The translations under genes and the position numbers were made by a program. From assembly GCA_963813725.1 (NCBI GenBank), contig CAWFAI010000010.1:97217-161216 (forward strand): a stretch of DNA of 64,000 nt, in the 5' to 3' direction. The first letter of the stretch is position 1; each line of letters starts with the position of its first letter. The notes beneath the pieces were generated by a model, which was not told the origin of the DNA, made no database searches, and saw only the letters and a program-made list of their open reading frames with translations. Positions 58,582 through 64,000 of the stretch are shown in pieces. The DNA comes from an uncultured Solirubrobacterales bacterium (GTDB lineage: Bacteria > Actinomycetota > Thermoleophilia > Solirubrobacterales > 70-9).

Positions 58582-59449
58582 GTGGACTTCGGGGTCTCCT
58601 ACTTCCCCACCGACGAGTCGGTCGAGCCCGCCGAGCTGGCCCGGATGTGCGAGGAGCGCGGCTTCGAGTCGGTCTTCGTCACCGAGCACACCCACGTCCC
58701 GGTCAAGCGCGAGACCCCCCACCCCGCCTTCCCCGACGAGCTGCCGCGCGAGTACAAGCGCATCCACGACCCCTTCGTCAGCCTGGCGATGATGGCGGCG
58801 GCGACCGAGCGGATCCGCATCGGAACAGCGATCTGCCTGATCGTCGAGCGCGACCCGATCACCACGGCCAAGGAGGTCGCCTCGATCGACCGCCTCAGCG
58901 GCGGGCGCTTCATCTTCGGCGTCGGGGCCGGCTGGCTGCTGGAGGAGATGCGAAACCACGGCACCGACCCCGCCAGGCGCTTCGGGCTGATGCGCGAGCG
59001 GGTAGAGGCGATGAAGGCGATGTGGACCGAGGAAGAGGCCTCCTACCACGGCGAGCAGGTCGACTTCGACCCGATCTGGTCGTTCCCCAAGCCGCTCCAG
59101 CAGCCCCACCCGCCCGTGCTGATCGGCGGCAACGGCGCCAAGGTGCTCGACCGCGTGCTCGCCTACGGCGACGGCTGGTTCCCCAACCGGATCGGCGCCG
59201 AGGAGCACAACATCCCCCGGATCGAGGAGCTCCAGCGCCGCGCCGCGGAGGCCGGCCGCGACCCGATCCCGGTCACGCTCCAGATCCCGCCCAGGGACCC
59301 CGACTCGCTGCGCCGCTACGAGCAGGCCGGCGTCACCCGCAGCGTCTTCATGCTGCGTGCCACCGACAGCGGCGTCGGCGGACTCCGTCGAGCGCAAGCT
59401 CGACGAGTGGGCCGGGCGGATCGCCGCCTACTCCACCGCCATCAGCTGA
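58582..59449 (+). pseudogene. LLM-class F420-dependent (luciferase-like) oxidoreductase, frameshifted near the C-terminus
   Basis: MDFGVSYFPTD, TEHTH and GGRFIFGVGAGW blocks are present. The frame changes near 59377. The repaired tail ADSVERKLDEWAGRIAAYSTAIS ends at TGA 59447-59449. (868-1) nt is a multiple of 3. Confidence 0.85.
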
Positions 59450-60863
59450 CGGCGAGGCAGACGGCCGTCGCGTCGTCCTTGAGCTCGGATCCCGCCGCCC
59501 GAAGCACGGCGGTGTGGACCCTCCTCACCGTGTCGGCGGCTGTCTGGGAGCCGGCGGTCGCAGCGATGACGCCGTCGATCGCCAGGCCCGCCTTCCCCTT
59601 CCCCTCGATCACGACGCCATCGGAGACCATCAGCAGGCGGTCCCCGGAGCCGAGGTGCGCGTTGCGCTCGGCGGGCTTCGGCATCGCTCGCCCACCCAGA
59701 CCGTGCGCCTCCGGCACCTCGAGGTGATCGGCCTGGCCATCCGCGCGGATCACGATCGGCGGCACGTGCCCGCAGTTGGCCACGGTGAGATCGTGGGTGG
59801 CCGCATCCCAGCGGGCGATGATCGCGGTCATCTCGGCCCGCGGGCCCGGCATCTCCTTCAGCGTCTGGTGCATCACGATCAGGGCCTCGCTGATGCTGGC
59901 GTCGCTGCGCCGGCTGGCACGCAGCGCTCCCAGGGCGACCGCTGAGGAGGCGGTGGCCCGGGTCCCGCCGCCCCCCAGCCCATCGGCGAGCGTGATCCAG
60001 ACGCCGTCGGCGTTCTCGATCACGTCGAACCAGTCGCCGGCGACGTCATAGGTCGGCAGGATGTTGCCGGCGATCTCGCCGCCGCTGAGCCGGGCGATGC
60101 GCGGAGGAAGCAGGCTCTGCTGGATCTCGGCCGCGGCCTTCGGCTGCTTACGCCTTTGCGTTCGCGCCAGCACGTCGGTGTAGCGGTCGGCCAGGGTCAT
60201 CGCGGCCGACGCCTGCCTCGCCAGGCCGCTGAGGTCGCGCAGCGGCGCTCCGAAGGCGATCAGGACCCCGGTCGCCCGGCCCCGCAGCCAGAGCGGGATC
60301 AGTTCCGTGCCGGGGTGCTCGCCCAGGTACTGCGAGCGGAGCTCGGCGATGCCATCGGCGTCGAGTTCGGGGCCGACCGCAAGCGGGGCACGGAGCCTGT
60401 CGGGCAGTCTCCTCGCGCCCGCGGCGCGAAGCAGATGCGAGCCGTCGATGTCGACGACGTAGAGCGCGATGGGCACCCCTCCGAGCCGCTGGGCCTCGGC
60501 GACGAGCTGCTCGGGCAGCATCGGCGGCGGCACTACGTCGAACGCCTGGATCGCCTCCATCTCGACCGGCCGCTCTCGGCCGAGGTGGCCGGGCGGCCGC
60601 AGGCCGCCCGCCTCGCGGTCCGGCTCGGAGGGATCCCTTCCCTCGAGCGCCGTGACCAGCGCCTCTCGCGAGGGGAAATGTCGATAGAGGGTCGAACGCG
60701 AGACGCCGGCGGCGGCGGCGACCTCGGCCAGGGTCGTTTCAGGCGAGCGCTGCAACAGGCGGGCGCCGGCGTCGAGGATTCGCTCTGCGTTCTGGACGGC
60801 GTCGGTTCGGGTCCGTGTGGCTGCGATCTTCAACTCGCTCTCATGGCCTGCGCCTGGTCCCAC
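59442..60863 (-). CDS. TetR-type HTH / GAF-like / PP2C (SpoIIE-family) phosphatase fusion protein
   Basis: 473 aa. N-terminal TetR_N-like HTH: TTLAEVAAAAGVSRSTLYRHFPSREAL. The middle region is GAF-like. The C-terminus has SpoIIE/PP2C blocks DVAGDWFDV, LADGLGGGG and LLMVSDGV. The start codon is uncertain (GTG 60863 or TTG 60833). Confidence 0.8.
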   Translation of the reverse strand: MGPGAGHESELKIAATRTRTDAVQNAERILDAGARLLQRSPETTLAEVAAAAGVSRSTLYRHFPSREALVTALEGRDPSEPDREAGGLRPPGHLGRERPVEMEAIQAFDVVPPPMLPEQLVAEAQRLGGVPIALYVVDIDGSHLLRAAGARRLPDRLRAPLAVGPELDADGIAELRSQYLGEHPGTELIPLWLRGRATGVLIAFGAPLRDLSGLARQASAAMTLADRYTDVLARTQRRKQPKAAAEIQQSLLPPRIARLSGGEIAGNILPTYDVAGDWFDVIENADGVWITLADGLGGGGTRATASSAVALGALRASRRSDASISEALIVMHQTLKEMPGPRAEMTAIIARWDAATHDLTVANCGHVPPIVIRADGQADHLEVPEAHGLGGRAMPKPAERNAHLGSGDRLLMVSDGVVIEGKGKAGLAIDGVIAATAGSQTAADTVRRVHTAVLRAAGSELKDDATAVCLAVS

Positions 60864-60939
60864 CTTGCCCCGGATGTCCTACTTGAAACACGCTGGCGCG
60901 GCTTGGTGTCCCACTTCGGCCGCGATCTCCGAGCCGCTC

Positions 60940-60964
60940 GTTTGCCCGTGCCGACCGGGGGCAT
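60940..60964 (+). promoter_or_regulatory. SigB/SigF-type promoter candidate upstream of the Holin-X/DUF3618/YihY cluster
   Basis: GTTT (60940-60943), then N15, then GGGCAT (60959-60964), 45 nt before ATG 61010. Confidence 0.4.
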
Positions 60965-61009
60965 TCCTACAGACGGCTCAGAGAGAGACGAGCGAGGAGA
61001 GGAACCGCG

Positions 61010-61498
61010 ATGGCCGAGACAAGCACCAGTTCAGACTTCAGCACCGAGACCGATCCGGGCAACGGCAGCTCCGGCGGACGCAGGCGCCGGCGGCGCCGGC
61101 GCGCCGCCTCCGATGAATCGCTGGGCGCGCTCGTCAAGCAGCTCTCCGAGCAGAGCACCGAGCTGGCGCGCAAGGAGGTCGAGCTGGCCAAGGCCGAGAT
61201 GGCGGTGAAGGCGAAGAGGTTTGGGATGGGCGCAGGCGCCTTCGGTGGCGCCGGTCTGTTCGGCCTTTTCGCCTTTGGCGCCATCACGGCCGCGGCCATC
61301 CTCGCCCTCGCCACCGCCGTCGATGGCTGGCTCGCGGCGCTGATCGTGGCGGCGGTCTACGGCGCCATCGCCGGGATCCTGGCGCTGACCGGCAAGAAGA
61401 AGGTCGAGGAGGCCGGGCCGCCGGTGCCGGAGCGCGCGATCGACAGCGCCAAGGCCGACGTCCGGGAAACCCAGCAGCGCGTGAAGGAGGCGAGGTGA
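61010..61498 (+). CDS. Holin-X (phage holin superfamily III-like, DUF1469) membrane protein
   Basis: 162 aa. LVKQLSEQSTELARKEVELAKAEM is followed by two helices, which is the typical family layout. Confidence 0.8.
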   Translation: MAETSTSSDFSTETDPGNGSSGGRRRRRRRRAASDESLGALVKQLSEQSTELARKEVELAKAEMAVKAKRFGMGAGAFGGAGLFGLFAFGAITAAAILALATAVDGWLAALIVAAVYGAIAGILALTGKKKVEEAGPPVPERAIDSAKADVRETQQRVKEAR

Positions 61499-61818
61499 TG
61501 AGCCCGCAGAAGAGCAGCACCGAACAGAGGGATCCCGAGGAGATCCAGCAGGACATCGAGGGGACCCGCGAGGAGCTCGGCGACACGGCCGAGGCGATCG
61601 CCGACAAGGCCGACGTGAAGGGCCAGGCGAAGGCCAAGGTCGACGCCGCCAAGAGCAAGGCCTCGGAGCTCGGCTCGAAGGCCAAGGAGGCCGCGCCCGA
61701 GAGCGTGGGCGCCGGCGCCGAGCAGGTCGTCGGCACCGCCCGCGAGAACCCGGTTCCGGTCGCCGTGGCCGGGGCGTTCGTCGCCGGCATCGTGTTCGGC
61801 TGGCTGTTGAGCCGCTGA
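61498..61818 (+). CDS. DUF3618 domain protein
   Basis: ATG 61498 (TGATG overlap) follows GAAGGAGG. EEIQQDIEGTREELGDTAEAIADKADVK, plus a C-terminal helix. Confidence 0.8.
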   Translation: MSPQKSSTEQRDPEEIQQDIEGTREELGDTAEAIADKADVKGQAKAKVDAAKSKASELGSKAKEAAPESVGAGAEQVVGTARENPVPVAVAGAFVAGIVFGWLLSR

Positions 61819-61846
61819 GGGCGACCAGGGGAGGGAGCTGGAGCAG

Positions 61847-62869
61847 ATGGCGGAGACGAGCAACACGCAGAGGAGCAACTCGGAGAAGAGCAACGGCGCC
61901 GACTCGGCTCCGACGAAGCCGAGGCGCGCCGACTACGCCCCGGAGGGCGTTGACCGAAAGACGGGCCTGTTCGCGACGCTGAAGCGCACCGCCACCGAGT
62001 TCAGCGAGGACAACATGACCGACTGGGCGGCGTCGCTCACCTACTTCGGCCTGCTGGCGATGTTCCCCGCCCTGATCGTGCTGGTCTCGATCGTCGGGCT
62101 GGTGGGCGACCCGAAGTCCACCACCGACACGATCACCGAGATCGTCACCGAGCTGGGCCCCTCCACCGCGGCCGAGACCTTCTCGGAACCGATCGAGCAG
62201 GTGACCTCGAGCCGCAGCAGCGCGGGCCTCGCCCTGATCCTCGGCATCGCCATCTCGCTGTGGTCGGCCTCGGGCTACGTGGGCACCTTCATGCGCGCCT
62301 CGAACGTGGTCTACGAGACGCCGGAGGGGCGGCCGTTCTGGAAGCTGCGCCCGCTCCAGATGGCGGTGACGCTGGTGATGGTCCTGCTGCTGGCGCTGCT
62401 CGCGGTCGGGATCGTGATGACGGGACCGCTCGTGGAGGCGGTGGCCGGCCCCCTCGGCATCTCCGACACCGCCGTCAGCGTCTGGAACATCGCCAAGTGG
62501 CCGGTGATCGCCGCGCTGTTCGTGCTGATGATCGGGATCCTCTACTACGCGGCGCCGAACGTGAAGCAGCGCGGCTTCAAGTGGGTCACGCCCGGCAGCG
62601 TCCTCGCGCTGGTGGTCTGGATCGTGGCCTCGGCCGCGTTCGCCTTCTACGTCGCGAACTTCGGCTCCTACAACAAGACCTACGGCTCGCTCGCGAGCGT
62701 CGTCGTGGTCCTGGTCTGGTTCTGGATCACCAACCTCGCGATCCTGTTCGGCCACGAGCTGAACGCCGAGCGCGAGCGCAGCGCCGAGATCGAGGAAGGC
62801 ACTCCCCGCGCCGAGCGCGAGATCCAGCTCGAGCCCAGGGACACCCCGAAGAAGCAGAAAACGACCTGA
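61847..62869 (+). CDS. YihY/BrkB (virulence factor BrkB) family membrane protein
   Basis: 340 aa. WAASLTYFGLLAMFPALIVLVSI and the ASVVVVLVWFWITNLAILFG blocks are present. Confidence 0.85.
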   Translation: MAETSNTQRSNSEKSNGADSAPTKPRRADYAPEGVDRKTGLFATLKRTATEFSEDNMTDWAASLTYFGLLAMFPALIVLVSIVGLVGDPKSTTDTITEIVTELGPSTAAETFSEPIEQVTSSRSSAGLALILGIAISLWSASGYVGTFMRASNVVYETPEGRPFWKLRPLQMAVTLVMVLLLALLAVGIVMTGPLVEAVAGPLGISDTAVSVWNIAKWPVIAALFVLMIGILYYAAPNVKQRGFKWVTPGSVLALVVWIVASAAFAFYVANFGSYNKTYGSLASVVVVLVWFWITNLAILFGHELNAERERSAEIEEGTPRAEREIQLEPRDTPKKQKTT

Positions 62870-62880
62870 GGAGCGAAGAG

Positions 62881-63273
62881 ATGGCGAAGAGCTCGGCCGA
62901 CAAGCTGATTCCGTACGTGGACCGGTACCTCGACAACGACTACGCGCGCAAGAACGCCGGCCGGGCCGGTTCGGCGATCCGCGACGCCTACCACCGGGCG
63001 AGCCGCAAGGGGCTTCGCGCCCCGGCCGACCGCAAGTTTCGCGACCGGGTCGCCGACTCGGTCATCGCCCTACGCGAAACCTCCGATGCGATCCAGCACG
63101 GACGCCGCAAGCCGCGCGGCCAAACGGCTCGCCGCGTCGGGATCGCCGTCCTCGCGCTCGGCGCGGTCGCGGTCGTGGCGCTCGCCGCGAACGACGACCT
63201 GAGGGCCGCGGTGATGGGCGACGAGACCACCTTCCCGCCGGCCGATCCGGTCGCGCCGCCTGACCAGAACTGA
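62881..63273 (+). CDS. Hypothetical protein with one C-terminal helix
   Basis: ATG 62881 follows GAGGAG and lies inside tracked ORF 62260..63273. 130 aa with good GC3. Confidence 0.5.
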   Translation: MAKSSADKLIPYVDRYLDNDYARKNAGRAGSAIRDAYHRASRKGLRAPADRKFRDRVADSVIALRETSDAIQHGRRKPRGQTARRVGIAVLALGAVAVVALAANDDLRAAVMGDETTFPPADPVAPPDQN

Positions 63274-63303
63274 GAGCCGCTTGCGGGCGGCGCCCGCCCC
63301 GCT

Positions 63304-64000
63304 TCAGCCGCTGAGCAAGTTGCCGAGCCCGCCGCTGGCGCTTCCGCCCTGAGCGCCGGGAGTGATGCGGCCCTCGGAGGGCTGGATCAGGACCCATCCC
63401 TTGCCCGAGAAGGACATCGTGAAGGTCTCCCCCGAGCCGCGGCCGATCAGGTTCTTCATCGAGACGTTGGTCTTGACCCCCGTCTTGAGCCCGTCCGACC
63501 AGGTGATCGCGGCCTGCGGGTCGGCGAAGGTCTCCTCGCCGTCCACCATCATCAGCACCGGGCTGCCGTCCGAGATCACGGCCACGTATCCGGTGCCCTC
63601 GAGGTGGGTGTTGTAGAGACCGCCGCCGAGCATGCCCGAGACGCCCTCGACCTTCTTGATGTCCCAGTCGATGTCGGCGTCGAAGGCGAGCAGGTTGGCG
63701 CCGTTGACGGTGATCGCCTCGTTGTCCAGCTTCAGCACCTGGATGTCCTGGCCCATGTCGGCCAGGAAGACCTCGCCCTTGCCTGAGATCTTGGCCAGGC
63801 ACGCGCCCTCGCCGGTCATCGCCTTCTTCGCCATCCGCTTGAGGCCGCCGGAGCCGGCGTGCTCGATGTTGACGTCGCCCTGGTAGGCGACCATCGAGCC
63901 GAGCTTCGCCTGGATCGTCTCGTCCGCCAGCTCGACCTTCAGGCACTTCGAGTTCTGCAGGCTGAACGACTCAGTGCTCTCGGTCTCCTTGAACTCCTGC
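63304..64000 (-). CDS. AIM24 (DUF124/TIGR00266) family protein, 5' end beyond the window
   Basis: The frame stays open upstream of the tracked Met to the window edge (..QEFKETESTESFSLQNSKCLKVELADETIQAKLGSMVAYQGDV..). Typical AIM24 beta-rich pattern with a Gly-rich tail. Confidence 0.8.
   Translation of the reverse strand, partial: QEFKETESTESFSLQNSKCLKVELADETIQAKLGSMVAYQGDVNIEHAGSGGLKRMAKKAMTGEGACLAKISGKGEVFLADMGQDIQVLKLDNEAITVNGANLLAFDADIDWDIKKVEGVSGMLGGGLYNTHLEGTGYVAVISDGSPVLMMVDGEETFADPQAAITWSDGLKTGVKTNVSMKNLIGRGSGETFTMSFSGKGWVLIQPSEGRITPGAQGGSASGGLGNLLSG

Noticed and set aside
61010-61498. 'Phage holin' family gene as a sign of a prophage or lysis cassette
   Set aside because: There is no endolysin, spanin, terminase or capsid gene nearby. 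The neighbours are DUF3618 and YihY, the usual chromosomal context for this family.

Overview
High-GC (about 70% by eye) actinobacterial-type chromosomal window. The class guess, Thermoleophilia- or Rubrobacteria-like, is weak. About 75 genes are tightly packed on both strands, with many 4-nt start/stop overlaps (ATGA, GTGA, TTGA). The content is core and accessory metabolism, not an obvious island. Read from the sequence:
- P-type ATPase, HAD hydrolase and pyruvate kinase.
- A secreted copper-type protein followed by an ABC-2 exporter.
- Three stand-alone NHEJ modules (LigD-Pol, ATP-dependent ligase, LigD-PE) with no Ku.
- Lipid genes: acyl-CoA dehydrogenase, thiolase, crotonase, WS/DGAT, PlsC-like.
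- A DsbA-VKOR pair.
- An OpuC-type osmoprotectant ABC system, then CsbD.
- A redox/sulfur cluster: DCC, catalase-related peroxidase, F420 DDN, CstB-like persulfide dioxygenase-rhodanese.
- An M32 carboxypeptidase.
- An envelope-stress type cluster (Holin-X, DUF3618, YihY, AIM24) next to an unusual HTH-GAF-PP2C fusion.

I found no rRNA, tRNA, CRISPR, transposase, integrase or recognisable defence system.

The most striking feature is about 24 single-base frame disruptions in 18 otherwise intact genes, mostly +1 insertions in or beside short mononucleotide runs. Each repaired frame reads through to a natural stop. I read these as assembly indels, not decay, but only reads can decide. I annotate these genes over their full repaired span as pseudogene (frameshifted).

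No clearly novel system is demonstrable from sequence alone. The best candidates are:
1. The secreted two-domain His/Met protein fused to a cupredoxin, with poly-Lys segments.
2. The TetR-HTH/GAF/PP2C fusion, divergent from a cluster that carries a SigB/SigF-like promoter.
3. A structured leader upstream of an untracked DUF5679-like zinc-ribbon ORF.
4. The split NHEJ genes.

Most long R/G/P/A-rich ORFs in the six-frame track are antisense or off-frame artefacts of the high GC content.
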